Shown: piece by piece, positions 25,701 to 39,850 of the stretch
Layout: each line of letters begins with the position of its first letter
Numbering within the stretch: position 1 is the first letter of the stretch
NCBI RefSeq assembly: GCF_009834535.1
Contig: NC_045698.1
Span: forward strand, 5,768,001 to 5,832,000
Source of the DNA: Camelus ferus
Lineage: Eukaryota
DNA length: 64,000 bases
Reading direction: 5' to 3'
Translations under genes and position numbers: made by a program
Notes under the pieces: generated by a model
Told to the model about the DNA's origin: nothing
The model's input: the letters and a program-made list of their open reading frames with translations, nothing else
Database searches by the model: none

Positions 25701-25948
25701 TCTCCACAGAGTTGGCCTTTTAGGGTCATCCTTGTCTCCTCACAGTCTCATGTGCCCCTCGTGCTGGAGACCATTATTAAACTGAAGATGGGGTCTGAGA
25801 ATATGCATACTTTGTGATTCCAACTGATGATGAGTTTGATTCCCTGGAGGACAAAGATCGAATCTTACACTTTAATTTTTCTAAGCATTTAATGGCATAA
25901 GGTCTGTCTCGCACATAATAGGCCCTTATTACTTACCTGATGGTAATT

Positions 25949-26503
25949 ACAGTCTGTCCTCCGCGTCCATATGTTCTGCATCCTAGGATTCAACCAACTG
26001 CAGATAGGAAAAAAAAAAAATTCTGGAGAATTCCAAAAGGCAAAACTTGAATTTGCCACCCACTGGTAACTATTTACATAACATTTACATTGCATTTACA
26101 AGTACAAATTGACCCTTGAACAATGAAGTTCCCTAACCCCCATACAGTGGCAAATCCCAGTATAACTTTACAGTCAGCCCTCTGTCTCCAGGACTCCACA
26201 TCCCTGGATTCAACTAACTGCAGACCAGGTAGTACTGTGCTATGTGTTTAGTGAAAAAAATTCACTGTAAGTGGGCCCGCTAAGTTCAAACCTGTGTTGT
26301 TCAAGGGTCAGCTGTCTCTACGTAGCATTTACACTGCATTCGGTATTAAAAGTGATCTAGAGATGATTTAAAGTGTACAGGAGGATATGTGTAGGCTATA
26401 CGCAGAGACTAAACCATTTTTACATAAGGGACTTGATCATCCTTGAATTTTAGTATCCGTAGGGGTCCTGGAACCAATCCACCACAGATAATGAGAGATC
26501 ACT
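25949..26503. mobile_element. MER2/MER2B-like Tigger element (outer), split by a nested element
   Basis: cagtctgtcctccg...ggattcaaccaactgcagat, ttccaaaaggcaaaacttgaatttgcc, tctagagatgatttaaagt and ggggtcctggaaccaatcc. TA dinucleotides flank it. Confidence 0.85.
26105..26313. mobile_element. MER8/Tigger2a-like MITE nested in the MER2-like element
   Basis: Terminal inverted repeats caaattgacccttgaacaa and ttgttcaagggtcagctg. Confidence 0.85.
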
Positions 26504-26569
26504 ATAATATCATTATCATAATTTATGTCATAGTGATATTGTCTTATTCCCTCACTATTTATCTAAAAG

Positions 26570-26730
26570 CTTTGGGTAAGTTTGACTACTTTAAGCCTTG
26601 ACTTCTTCATATTTAAAATGGGGCTGGCATTCCCGCTGTGTAGTGTCTTCGTGAGAACTGAAGATGACATGTGTGAGCACTGGACCCCTTCATAGCACGT
26701 GGGGGTAATTAATAAAAGGAGGCGGTGAGT
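26570..26730 (+). mobile_element. MIR fragment
   Basis: ctttgggtaagt...cttcttcatatttaaaatgggg...gtgagaactgaagatga. Confidence 0.65.
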
Positions 26731-26989
26731 ATTTTGTAATCATGATTATATTTCTAATTAGTAGATCTTCTGTTTTCTATGGAACCCTCACACAGATAGA
26801 AATATAATAGATATTTAATAACGAGAGCTTAATAAGTGCATGTTAGTTGATTAATTAATTGTCAAGAAATGAAGGCTGAAAAGAAAAATCACCAGAGGGG
26901 CTGCTGGCAGAAGCTGTAGTCTCTAATCCATCTACTGAACTCCGCCGTCTGTCCCAGGTTTACACGCCTGCCTCCTTACCACGTGACTG

Positions 26990-28230
26990 ACTGTGGACTC
27001 TCCCGCCCGCGGGCTGTCTGAAAGCAATTGCGGAGTCTTCCACTCCAAAGATCATTTCAACTACCAGTCCCCAAAGACATGAAAAAAGTCCCTCAATAGA
27101 CACATTTCCATTCTCATACAAGGCAATGTGAGACCACATTAAAGCTATACCCTCGTGCAACCTATCTGGGGGACTACAGACTCAGGATTAGTGCTTCATC
27201 AGACACCTAGGGGGCGGGAAGAGAGTTCATCCGTAGCTGGGGTAGAGAATGGAATTTTCCAGGGAGTCCCTTGGACTCTTACGTTTCTTTTTATGGGAGA
27301 AAGGGGGCATGCAGTTCAGTTAGCATGAAGATTAAAGGGAGCGCTGGGAGGAAGCTAGGTGACAGAGAGTCAAAGAGCAGCTTGGAGAACTGGGGAAGGC
27401 AGGAAGGCAGCGCGCTAACTCACAGGGCCAGGCTTCAGGAGCTTGCCCCGCCCTAAGCGTGTGCCTGGGAGATGGACTCAAGGACCAGAAGGAATGTGAA
27501 GTTTCACAGCCTATGAAGTGGCTAAATGAAAGCACGCCAAAATGCAGTCAGTGAATTTGCATCAAAATGATTTACTTCTGTGACTTGAAAATCCAAGGAC
27601 AAAACGAGTTGGAGGTGGAGAAGGGAGGACAGAACCCAAAACTTCTGATCAAAAAGTTTGGAATCCAGGCCCGGCCAGTGAGTCGGGACCCGCCTCGGAG
27701 GGTTATGGAGGCCATGGCTCTGTGCACCGGCGGCTGGCTGCGGATGCATCCCCGGTAGAGACCAGCCTCCACACCGCCAGCCAGGCGTGAGAGGCAAACC
27801 GGCTGCTTCACCAAAGCTGACTTGGCAGGCGGCTCGCCTGTGAGTGGGGCCTTTTCTCAAAGGGCCTGCGCTCGCAGGGCAGGAAGAGCACGCCTAGGGA
27901 CACATCTGTGAGCGCGGCTCCCCGTAGCTCCCACAGCAGGTCCGGGCCTTTTTCCTTCCCAGACGCTGCTTCCAGGCAAACCGCGCTGTCGGGACAGGGT
28001 TCCATCACCACAACGGCGTTGAAAACCAGAACCACAGCGCAGGCAGCTGATGCTGACTGGAAGGCCCGAGAAGACCACAGAGGAAGGTCTGCAGGCCAAG
28101 AGGTGGCCAAGCAGGCAGAGCTTTTCTCCAGCTTTGTGGGGTCTCCGGAAAACGGCAGTTCCACGAGCGCACCCCGAAGTCACCCCGAAGTCCTCCCGAA
28201 CGAATACATTCTCCAGGTGTGGAGAGAAAC
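26990..28230. promoter_or_regulatory. Moderately CpG-rich element (weak CpG island)
   Basis: Many retained CpGs, GC boxes (cccgccc, ggggcggg) and a CTCF-like CACCTAGGGGGCGG at 27204-27217. Confidence 0.5.
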
Positions 28231-29224
28231 CAGAGTGACAATGAAGTCACTTAGAATGGGGTTAAAAGTGGTGCTATCACCAGTACCGGGAATTTTCTTA
28301 GAACACCCCCTTCTGTTGTGTAAGTTCACACAAGGCATTTCTTTTAGCCTGTGGGTCCCATGAACAAATAATTGAGGTACTACATGTACTGTGAACCAAA
28401 AGAGTTTGAAACCTCTGCCCAAGTGCCAACAGATATCACCGTTCCCAATAAGGAGAAAGGAATCACTGGGTGTATATATTTTCTTTCAAATTATGGTTGG
28501 GATACATACAACAGTGAACACAATTTCTGTGTGTAGGAAATATTTGAGGGAGCTTGGATGTAAGCAGACACCATGATTATCTTTGTCAACTCATATGAAG
28601 GTGAGTTAATGAAGTTGGTTGTAATCTTGGGATTATGGTTGAGCCTGAAGACATTTTGATGGTGTTTGCAAACATTCTAATTGATGACTTTTAGCTTCAT
28701 TAAATAATGCACACAATATTGTAGAGACCTTAGCCTATTACTTTCCCTGCACCCAAAACAACATTTAATATTTGGCTTTAGAGTAAATACAGTATTTGTA
28801 CAGTATAAAGAAGGAATCTCCTTTTAGAAGGGAAATACTTGAGGCATGAATCAGGAAAGGAGAAGTAAGCCTCAGCAAAAAGAAAGGGAGGAATGTATCA
28901 AAGAGGATGAGGAAGTTCTCCCCTACAACTGAGAGGGGAGAAGTAATATTACAGATGCATGTTAAGTTATAAAAAGCCGACATTTCAGTGCATAGATAGA
29001 AAAGACAATGATGACTAAACACAAATGGTGGAGGGAAGAGAAAAGGATATAAGAAAGACATGTTGGAAAAATGTTCACATGCATGGTGGAAGAAAGAATT
29101 AGAAAGAATCTGGGTGCAGGTGGAGAATAAGTTCCTGTGTCCTGGCTGAGCTGAATCTGATGCAGTGTTGCCCTACTGGTAAGGAAACTAGGACGAATAA
29201 CTGCATGAAATCCAACTGACTAGG

Positions 29225-29765
29225 CGTAGAAGATCACATTTCCAAAGATGGTAGAAAAATATCTCCAGTCCCACATGCTTTTTTGTAATGTTATCTTGCC
29301 ACCTCTCCTGTAGAGATGAGGTCAAATTCCTCTTGCCTCCAAGCTGGTTACTCTGTGATTATTTGAATAACTGACAGTGATGTAAGCCGTAATCTGGGGC
29401 ATCTGAGCTCAGGCTTTAAGCAGACCTGGAAACTCCTCCTTTTGTATTCTTTAGGAAGTTGACCATCATGTAAAAATTGGACTAAACTAAGATGGTCCTA
29501 TTAGGAGAAGACCAACGTAGCCATATGAAGACACCACATGGGGCAGAATCAAGGGCCTGACCCACAACCTCCGCTGGACTCCTAGCCAGCAGCCAGGAGT
29601 GAGCCACAGGACTGAGGCCATTTTGGAAATGGAACGTCTAACCCTAGCTGGGCCACTCAGCTGACGCCGTGTGGAGCAGAGTGCAGCTGTCCCCACTGAG
29701 CTCTGGTCAAACTGCAGTTTGGAGCACATCAGTGTTCTCGGTCACTGAGGTTTGCAATGCGTAAT
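29225..29765 (+). mobile_element. MLT1 (F/G/H-like) MaLR solo LTR
   Basis: tttccaaagatgg...cccacatgct, gaggccattttgga and cagctgacgccgtgtggagcaga...ctgtccccactgagc. Confidence 0.8.
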
Positions 29766-29869
29766 TTGAGGTTTTCTAGCCTTAACATTATTCAGAGTGA
29801 CTGGCCCAGTTTACTGCTCTTTGCCTCCTCCACTTGAGTGACTTACGTGAGCCCCAATAGGCTTTATCT

Positions 29870-30270
29870 ATATCTGTCAGACAAGCAATAGAAACCACTG
29901 CAGAAATTTCAAATGAGGAAATTCAATACAGGGATTTATTATATGTGAGATGGGAGAGTGAGAAGCCAAATGAAAGGCAACCCAGGTGTTGATAAATACT
30001 TGAGAGCTGCTGCCATTCGTGGGGCTGACAGAGGAAAGGGGAGGAGAGGAGTATCCAGAACCCGAAAGCGAGAACCACCTTATGGAGACCACGTAGTCGA
30101 CGTTGGAACCATGGAGGGTGAGGCTGACCAGCAGGCAGAGGAGCCACAGGGAAGGTGCAGCCTTCTTCACATGCTTCTCCTTCTTTCTTTGAGTCTCCCT
30201 TATTTTCACTGGATTGATGCATGACTGCAGTAGCTGCTGAGTTGAAAACCAGATCTGAGTGGCACACATC
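29870..30270. mobile_element. Old LTR-like fragment
   Basis: tcag...agaaaccactgcagaaatttcaaatgaggaaattcaatacaggga resembles old ERVL/MaLR LTR ends. Confidence 0.4.
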
Positions 30271-32489
30271 ATGCTATATGTATAATTACCCATCCCTGAG
30301 ACAAGGAAGTCTGTGTACAGTTTCATAATCATGCATGAGAATTTCTCTTCCCCTGAAGCTTCAGTCCACATACAAATTCACTTCCGAAGGCGTTACCCAT
30401 CTGGGCACATTGCTCAGGCGTGTTTGAAATGCACTTTCAACGTGCTGACCTCAACGAGCTGGAGCGGCGATGTCAGGCTGGGGGAGGGGGCCGGTGCGCT
30501 CACAAGTGGGGGGCCCCCTGGAGGATCACAGCTGAGGGAACGTAAAGGACAGGGATTCCTAAAAGCAGTCATTTTATTCTTTATTTTCCCAACTTTTTCT
30601 CCCTGACTCATCCTCTGACACACTCCCAGAAACTTCACTTGCCCTCTTTAAAATGTTGTTCCTCAGTTGATTAAGTCCCAAGGTGTCGATGTTTTGAATT
30701 CTGATTTCTAGGGTGCACTTGACTACAGGCCAGGAAAAGGGATGGTAGCAACATTACGTGAGTAACAGCACAACACCCTGTAAGGAATTAGCCTCTCTAT
30801 TTTTCAAAACTGGGTGGGCGGCAGCAGGTAGACAACCAGACGCAAGAGATTTAAAATCTTAGCCTAGAGCCCAGAGTGTTTTAAGAACACACTGGGAGCA
30901 ACCTTGTACACTCCTTCCTCCCTAATTGCAGTCATTAAAATGTGCTTCACGGTTGGGTTATTGATATTTTTATGTGCCATCCATCATATGTAGTATTCAC
31001 TTTACACAAAAATATCAGTCAATATGAAGAGGCTTTTCACACAATTAAATGTGCGAGGCTGACGTCTATCGGGATATCAGAATCTTTCAGAACACATGAG
31101 AAATTCCACTACTCGATCACAGTGGTAAAAGGAAATAGAAAAGTTATGAAAATGTAAATGTCAAACAATGGAACCAATTGCCTTGTTAAGACACACTTGA
31201 ATGACTTAAAGCAATTTCTGCATTATCCTAGTTTTATATTGTGGTAAGAAACCAATTTTTAAGAGTAAAACTTCTTTGTATCAAGAAATATTGTAGAAAA
31301 TTTTTGTTGAAAAATTATTCCCCCCTTTTTTAAATGAAATGAAGCCACTACGAACACATTTATTTCAAAATTAAAATTTGCCTTAGTCCTAATCTAGCCC
31401 TAATCAAGAGGTGGACAGGCAGAGGAAATCCATGAATGGAATTGATAGAGGTCAGAGGTAGATGTATCGGGGCCACAGATACTGGACTACGGCCAGTAAG
31501 AACCCTCCGATAGCGACAGGTCCCATTTTTTCCATTGAAAAAAAAGCACCCGCCATTTCCGCACTCCCACTCCGCTACTTTCCGTCCCACTTCAGGCTTC
31601 TTACTTCTGAGCATGTAGAGACTGTCAGCCTTGCGACGGGTCAATCATCACAACTCAGTGCAGCTATTAAATCACTGTTTGGAACACAGTCAAGATGATC
31701 ACAGTCCTTCCACCTGTTCTCCCTCCTTCCTTAATGTGTCCCCACTACCAGTGGCTGGGGGAGGAATGACCCAAGGGGCTTCGAGACACTCTGCTCCCGT
31801 TGGCCTTGTGAAAAAAGGAGGAATTACCAACAAAATCCTGCAGAGCACTCATGGGGTGTACCAACCAAAAACACCCCCTGACATCTTTCTTTCCATCAGA
31901 ACACACTGTGACACTTTACCCCTGTAGCAGCCACCACTGTCGCTTCTTCCCCTCCCACAATGTCTGTGCTCTCAGGCGCGAATGACATGGTCGCAGATGA
32001 GAAGAGCCTGGACAGAAGCAAGCTTGGCAGCGGCGGCCCCAGTGCCGTCTGCGCACGGGTGGGCTTTCTTAGGCTCCAGAAGGCATTTCACTCCCCGTTA
32101 TTGATGATGGTCATGATAGTAATTCCCCAGCTCTAGTGGCATTCTCAAGTGCCTGGCCTTGGTCAATCTCAGACCTGGTTCAGTTTGTCAGAAGACTACT
32201 CTCTATTCTCAAGGCAAGTGTTCTTTTAAAATTTTTCTTTAAATCATGTGATCTCAACACAGCAAGTCAAAAAATGCAGAAAGGAAAAATCAGGTCTTTC
32301 TATTCTGAATGGACATTTTTCAGAAGCACAAAATATTTGCAAAGGTTTTTAAGCAGGCCATGGAAACGGTGGTCTAGTCAGAGGCTCCAGATCTTATCAA
32401 AAGTCTTGCCTTCATTTGTGTAGCTGGGAGTTCTCAATGGTCCAGCAGAACTGAGTTAGCTGGTACCAACCATAGAAATGAGAGCCACC

Positions 32490-32690
32490 ATTTACTAAGA
32501 CTTAGTTTGCTTCAAACACTGGGTTTAATATCTTTGCACAGAGTTTCAGCTTGTTCCTTAAAACAACTTGCCAGGGAGTCATTATCACAGACATTTCATA
32601 GGCACAAATCTGAGCATAAAGGATAAGTGGCCCAAACAAGTGTCCTGCAGTGGTCAAGCTTAGATTTGGAGTGGGCTGAAGCTGGCCTCT
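32490..32690 (-). mobile_element. MIR fragment
   Basis: catttactaagactta...ccttaaaacaac...atttcatagg...ctgagcat...aagtggccc. Confidence 0.55.
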
Positions 32691-32992
32691 CGGCTCCTGT
32701 TCTTTCTGCTCTGCTGAGCAGTCCCTGAGGACAGGACCCCAGGGAAAACGCGGAAGACCAATCAGATTGGTCAAGGGAAAGCCTCCTTTTCTCAACATTC
32801 CCACTGCCCACAGAGAAAATACAATAAACAAACAAAAGAAAAAAATCTAAAGCAGAAGGAAAGAAAAGAAAAAGACTAAAGAACCAGTAGTTTATCTCCC
32901 AAAGGGATATATCAATTTCTATTGAAACAGTTTTAATTTTAATACATTTTTAAAGGTCAAATAAATACCAACTTATAATGGGTAGTTGATCT

Positions 32993-33637
32993 TGTTAGAG
33001 CAGGCAGATAGCTAGATATGAGCAGAGAAAGGGGGATGCAGGCCAAGCAGCAGACATTGGACAGAAAGGAGGGGCTCAGGCCAAATGCAGGAAAACCATA
33101 GATCATGTAAGCACCAGGGGTCCCTGGGCAGAGAAAGAAAAGCAGGAACCTCTGGTCTGATAAGGGGTCACACCTTTTGGGGTGATGAGAGGCCTGGAGG
33201 CAGACAAAGAAAGATGGGAAAAGGCAGGAATCCAGTGTCCAAATGTAACCTCTTGCACATTATGCCCTCATTTCAATAAAATTAGCCTTGCAGATTGGAA
33301 GTACCCATCATTTACTGAGGCCAAATCAAGACTAAATAAGGACAAAAGTCCCTCCTCCCCTCGGGAAGGTGGAGCTGGGATGAAAATCAGTGAATATGAC
33401 CCTAAACCCTCCCCTCCCCAGTGAATATTCTGTCCATTCATTTTTACACCCTATGCAACCTACTTGCCAAAGGAACTCAGGGCAGCTGCTCACCTGAGCC
33501 TGACCACCTCCCCTTGAGAGTGTACCATCCAACCCTTAATAAATCCTCACTTTACTTTCTTAACCTCTGTGTCTTTTCTCTGAATTCTTTCTGGGATGGG
33601 ACAAGAACCTGGACACTGGTTACGTCTGCCAGCAATA
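32993..33637 (+). mobile_element. ERV1-type solo LTR
   Basis: Starts TGTTAG. Has AATAAA near 33537 followed by ctgaattctttctg...gacaagaacctgg, and ends gccagcaata (degenerate CA). Confidence 0.8.
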
Positions 33638-36600
33638 ATTGCACTTTTCTCAGCATTAGAATACAAATATTGCTATATTTTATAAGACAAATGATCTTTT
33701 GTGTTGTCTCATCTCCAATGTTAGGCTTTCCTATATCAAAATGGAACTGTTTGATTGGATCTTAATGCATTTAAAATAATGTCAATAATAAACACCCTTG
33801 GGTCTAAAAGATAAAGGGTTTTCTTTTTTTGTTAGTGACCCACTAATTGCCAAAACGGATAACAGGATAAATTACTTTATCAATCAGTTAAAAAATCCAT
33901 ATGCTTTAGAATTGGGACCTGAGATTCTTTCCAAGAGGAGGTTCTAAAAATAGCTTGAGGCAATTCCAGTTTCAATGGAATTACAAAAAATCTAAAAGCA
34001 AACACATTTGTCAAATTTAAAAGAAGTGAAAAAATTATTCATTTCAAATCTGGCAAAAATCATTGCCAAAAAACAAGTGCAAAGATAATTCTCTCTAAAA
34101 ATGACTGGGCCTTACTTTTTCAGATATTTATAAATATTCTAAAGTAATGTCACCAAAAAATAATTTGGAATACTTAAGAGAAGAATACTTAATAGCCTGA
34201 CTCCACAAAGAAGCGTTTCTGAGCTCCTCTTTGCTTTCCAATCATCTGGGCTTCAGCTGAAACTTCAAGGTCTGGACTGTTTTCCTGGGGGGTGTGCCAT
34301 TTCTCCAAAAGGAAGAAACACATGTATTTTACTAAAATATGGTAGCCTTCATAAAAAGGCATACAAAAACAGGATGAAAATAAATTTAGGGGCACTTTTT
34401 CAAATGAGAAGAGTCAAGTTCATGAGTATGTCTTGACCTACATCTTTGTTACATACATGCCTTCAGTGCCACGTGCTCCGCTCTTTGCATCTAGTGGAGC
34501 TGTGTGTAGGGACTGGAACATCAGGTGGTCACCTCCAAACTTTAATGATGTCTGAGTGTCACCTCCCTGGAAGTTTACATTATGTTCCAGATATCTCCCT
34601 TTATAATCTGCTGATTTGGTCAAAAACTGTATTAGAAGTGAAAAGTCAGAGTTTAATACTCTATAACCTTGCACATTAAACTTGACTATTAACTTCTCTA
34701 CGACTGAATTTTATTTGTGATGATTTAGGAGGACAGCTTTGTTATGTCCTGGAAGTTAGGTAAACTTATAAAAGAGAGACAACTTCTATGACTCTTGTGC
34801 CAAATTTTAACTTGAAGAGGAATAAGAATCCAGGAAACAAAAGATCATCCACCTGTATGCTACTGAAAGATTCATACCCTCAATTCCCAATGATCCAGGA
34901 GACAGAATTTAATCATATTCCTGAAAGAGTGATATATTTCATGCGTGGAGTGTGTGCGCCTTAAATTTTAATAAGCTTGCTCACATATTACTTACTGCAA
35001 GAGGCTTTAAAAAGTTTTTTTTTTCCCATCAACTCATAGTGTAGGATAATATGTAATTTTTTTTCCATTTATAAAGCTTTGGTTTATCTTTTTACCTTGT
35101 TTTCCATAAAAATAATATACTTAGATAGACTTTATGATTTGGCCAGTTTTAAGAGCATAATATACTCGAAACTTTTCAAGCCTATTAGAAAAGTGTACTA
35201 GTTACATAATATTCCTTTTACTTCAAATATGCTTGCATTTTCTCTTATTTTATCCAATAAAAATCCTTAAAATAACATAGTTCAACCACTAAAGTTTACA
35301 TACAGTATAGTTAAGAAAATGGATTTATGTAATGTTTTTCTTCCAAGAATCTTCAGTGTGTCACACATGTCTATACATACATTTTCAGGACCCATTTCTT
35401 TACCAGGGGTTTTTGAAAATTTACCTAATGTGTAGATTGTACGATCTGCAAAGTGTAGAACGTCAAGACACTCAACAAACTTCATGGCATGTCAAATCGG
35501 GGAAATTTTCACCTAGTGATTTTATCAGCTGAAAAGTAATGCGTATAAAAAAAGTACAATAAAATCAACTCACACAAGTACTATAGCTGTGAATACATCA
35601 CTTACAGTGCTGAAAATTGTGGAAAATAATCCAGGCCTCTTTGGCAGTATTTTAAGATGGATGACTTTCTTTACCGTTCTGTAAATATACACAAGGAATG
35701 GTCTGATGAAAACATAACTAGTGAGAAAACAAACAGGTTAAAAGTAACACGAAACAGAAATCACCGTTGAGAATCCTATTATCTTGGCTAGCTATTCTTT
35801 ACCTTAAAGAGTGTGCTTTGTAATGTTAGAAAATGTCACATAATGCGTATGGTTATAGCTCTGAAATGAACAGGATCCATTTTTCAAAGCCTGACACAGT
35901 GATTTGGATGCAAATTGAGTGGAGTTAAATATAGAAGAAATTGCTCCAGTGCAATTCAGAAATTAGATCTTTTCCTTCCATTTACCTGTGGCAGTTACTA
36001 CATGAGGAAGGTTAGCCCTGGGGAGGAATCCTAAACCCTCAGAAACAAATAATAGGTGCTCCAGACGGACTACAATGTGCTTACCTTGCGTGGCTGGTGA
36101 TTATCCCTTGTATTCACTACGCCACATGACTTCAGGATCTAGTTAAGATTCAACAGTAATTGGTTTCCTGTCCTACCTTCAAATATCTAAAGCCTTATTC
36201 ATAATTTGCTTTGCAGACACTTCCTTTAATCTCTTCTTCTGATAAAGTATTTCAGTTCAAATGTAAACTACGAAGTGCTTACTTGACGAGAATCATAAAA
36301 ACAAGTATAATTCAGGGATGATATGAAAATTTCCTGGCTCTGTCCATCTCTGAATATCATCAATGTAAAGAACACATATGCCTACACATAAATAAAATTC
36401 ACAGGGCACTGTCCTTTTGAGACTTTTAGAACAGAAAATGAGTACTTCTTGTCTATGACAGTCTTGGTCTGTGCTATTAAACACATGTCAAAACCTGACT
36501 TAATTAAGTAATTTTTATGAAGATAGGGTAAGCAGTCTGCCTAACTGCTTACATATTGTCACTCTACCAATCAGTCAAGACAAGTAACAAAATCATATGT

Positions 36601-36841
36601 ACCTGAATTAAATTACCTTCTTTTTTAAAAAAGTCTCTTTCCCTAAGTAACGTGGCAAAGATAGGCTCTCAGTTATCAAATGATGCTATTAAGAGACAGC
36701 ATATAATATTTATTAGGGTTTTTACCTTACTAGCTAGGATCAGTTCAGAAAGAGTTATTTCTCGCCAATGTCAGTGCAGACAGCGTTGTTTAGGACAAAT
36801 GTTAGTGCAGGTAAGATTGCTCTGACCTTATTCGGGAACCT

Positions 36842-37190
36842 TGTGTCGGTCAGGAGAAATCTGGCTAGGCTGCTGTAGTCAACAATGTTCAAATCTAAGT
36901 GTCCTAAAACCACAGTAGTTTATCTTTTGTTTGGAGTGGACCACTGTGTGTTAGGTGAGTTCCCTGACCTCTGCTGTCCTCACGCCCTGCAGCTGACGAA
37001 GCCTCCACCACGGGAGCTGGAATGAGCCCTGACAACCGGAGGCTTGCTCGTAGGGGTGGCAGGCCACTTCTGCTCACGTTTGGCTGCTCAAAGCAAGTGA
37101 CACCCAGTTCCTGGTCCCAGAAAGGAGGGCGACTCTTTTTAGAAGGAGGAGAACTTAGGATACTGGTAACAGCGATGATGACTGCTACAC
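36842..37190. mobile_element. Old MLT1 (J/K-like) LTR
   Basis: tgtgtcggtcagga...ggctaggctgctgtagtcaacaa...aaaccacagtagtttat and cacttctgctcac. Confidence 0.6.
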
Positions 37191-39109
37191 CGCTGAGTAA
37201 AGTATCAGGGGAGAAGCTTTATCGATAATTCAGGTCCAGGAAAATCTTTGATTTCCACCCCCTCCCTCGTAGAACTAGGAGCATCTTTTTTCTCTCTAGT
37301 AATGGGAATAATTTAAGTCGTCCCTTTCTCCTCTTTTTAAAAATTTATTTTCCAGTAAACCCAGTCTTGAAGTTCCCCTATGAAGCTTCAATCACGGGGC
37401 TCTGCAATTTGATATATATATATACACACATACAAACAAAATTTTTTAAAAATTGGAAAAAAGGGATTACAGCTGACAGCAGTCCCTCATCAGGCAGCAG
37501 GGGCCCTGTCCTAGGAGCCCCACCACGCTTACTAGCCAGGAGCAGCCTGAGGGAGTGAGGCCTCGGTGTGAGCTCAGTGGTGCCTCTCACGGTTTAGAAG
37601 CTGGAGGCTACATCTGCCAACCGTGCTCCTTAGAGCTTGCTGTCAAGGAGTGAGATCTGAGCAAGGTACCCCTGGGCCACCACAAAGGGTTAGTGTGGGA
37701 TTGCAATAATCTAGAATGGTATTTTAAATTATATAAATGTTTACATGTCAAGTTTTAAGTAATACACATGTCATGTAAATATAAACCGCAATTAACCCAA
37801 CAACTAACACCTAAGTGACAGAAATTGATTACGAAGTGCTAATCACCCAATGTAAAATGATTAAGCCACTAAACATACTCAGTACCATCACTCACTTTTT
37901 TCTTTGCAGTTAAAAACACTTGTCTTAAAGTAAATTTTTTTTCCATGAAACTCTTTCAAACATAAAGTGATCTGATTTTAAAATGGACACCTTTATTTTT
38001 TTCTCAACGATTGCTCATCAACACTTTTGGGAATCATTTGTTAGTTAAAGTCACTGGCTGCTCACCAAAATGTTTGAAATGTCATGCAGAATCTAGACTT
38101 TTTTGCTTTAAGGATTTGCAATTCAAATGTTTACCCTTTGAGGTATATCTTTATGATGACATATTCTCTTGACAAATGCAGTAATCATATGTGGCTGGAG
38201 AAAAAGTAGTTTTTAATAAAAAGGCTGATCCTTCCCCTCTGGGCAGTATCTTCCAGCTATATTACTGAATGACCGCAATGCAGAGGGAGGCATCTGTACA
38301 GACGGTTCTTCAAACCCTAATAAGCCTGAAATGTCATGAACTGTGGCTTTGTGTCTGATGCTTCAATGTAACTAAATGTTTTGTTTGTTTTCCATAGCAT
38401 GTTATTTCCAGTAAAGTAATCTTTCCTGACTTCACCTTAAATTATACCATAAAGAAAGAAAAACACTAGTTGAAATAAAACCAGGGAGTTCTTTTCTTTA
38501 AATACCTAGAGGGTAAGAGATGCTTTTCTAGAGGGGACACAGTGCTCTGGCATCCGGGAGCCTCACTGCCTCCACTCAGCACTGGTCTGCACGGTCTAAA
38601 TGTATTGAAATTACAGCAGCTTTTGCATCCATCCATCAAAGCCAGAAGACCTCATAAGTGAATGAGTCAGTTGCTTTAAAACAATGTTTTAATATATAAT
38701 CTGCTAAATACAGCTCCTGGGGCAAAGCCCCTCCCCCTGCGTGGACCTGTGAACTGCGGTAGTGGGAAGAGTTTAGGGCAACAGTCCTACGCTGTTACAG
38801 ACAGGACAATTCCCACAGGGCAAACGGGGGGTTAAGGCAACCACCAGGCTACAGCAGGTCTGAAACCCAGGCAGGCAAATGTCAGCAGTTTCTTGATTAG
38901 GTTTCAAAGCCTGGGACTATTGCTCTGTGAACCTGAGCCCTGCTTTTTGTGTTCTTGGTTCTGCCTCGTGAATAAGCCTTCCTTCTTATAAAAGATAGTG
39001 TGTGGTCACAGTGAGCTGCAGTGAGCAGTTTTATCAGCCTGTTCATGGCGTTGCCCACGTGAGTGAAATTCGTGGACTCCTAAGAATGCCTTTTCTCTCC
39101 ATTCTTCTC

Positions 39110-39850
39110 CAGTTTTCATCTATAAGGAGGTATCTGGCATTATAACATAAATCATAACATTAGTTAATTCTTTTAACTACAATAAATGCAATAAAAATTT
39201 TGCAAAGATAGCACAAAATAAACTTACAATCTCATTTATTAACAGAGATAAGAATGTTAAATAAAATTCTAGCAAATGAACTTGTATATACAGCGAACAA
39301 TAATTTACAACACCTAACTAGTGTCTATTCCAGGAATATAATGGTATAATAACATTTTATCAGGGAAAAGGAGCAAATCTAAGAGATCATCTACAAAGTC
39401 CACTTGGAGACTTGATATCCATTTCTGTTTTCTGTTTTTATGCAAAATCAGAATAGAATGAGATCTTACTAGGATTTTAAGTTTCCCTCTCAAACTAACA
39501 TCACTAATATGCTTCTCTGGAAATGTTAGCCAATATGATTAAAAATAAAACACATCTTGAAGTATTATATTGGAAGAAATATAGTGAGGTTATTAGTGTA
39601 TACACATAATATTTTGGTAATCTGAAATAAGCAAAATATTTAAATGTAAAACTATTGCAGACAAGAAGTGAACTGAGTGAGACAGAAGACTTCAAAACAC
39701 ATTCCAAAATCAATAGTTTCCTTCTAGTTCAAGCTAGTAGGTGGGAAACATGGCTCTTCCTACACAAAATGCCACTGAGATGATAAGGGGTGTGTGTGTG
39801 TAAAATTCACAACCATACTGGGGAAAATAAGAAATGAGGCTGTAAGGTGC
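39110..39850 (+). mobile_element. Old L1M ORF2 fragments
   Basis: aaataaaattctagcaaatgaac, tattccaggaatata and aaaatcaatagtttccttcta. Confidence 0.55.

Noticed and set aside
27908..28363. 151-aa plus-strand ORF
   Set aside because: Non-ATG start, GC-rich context with ORFs open in many frames, and no recognisable homology.
29877..30371. 164-aa minus-strand ORF
   Set aside because: Overlaps an old LTR-like fragment, with no domain or splice support.
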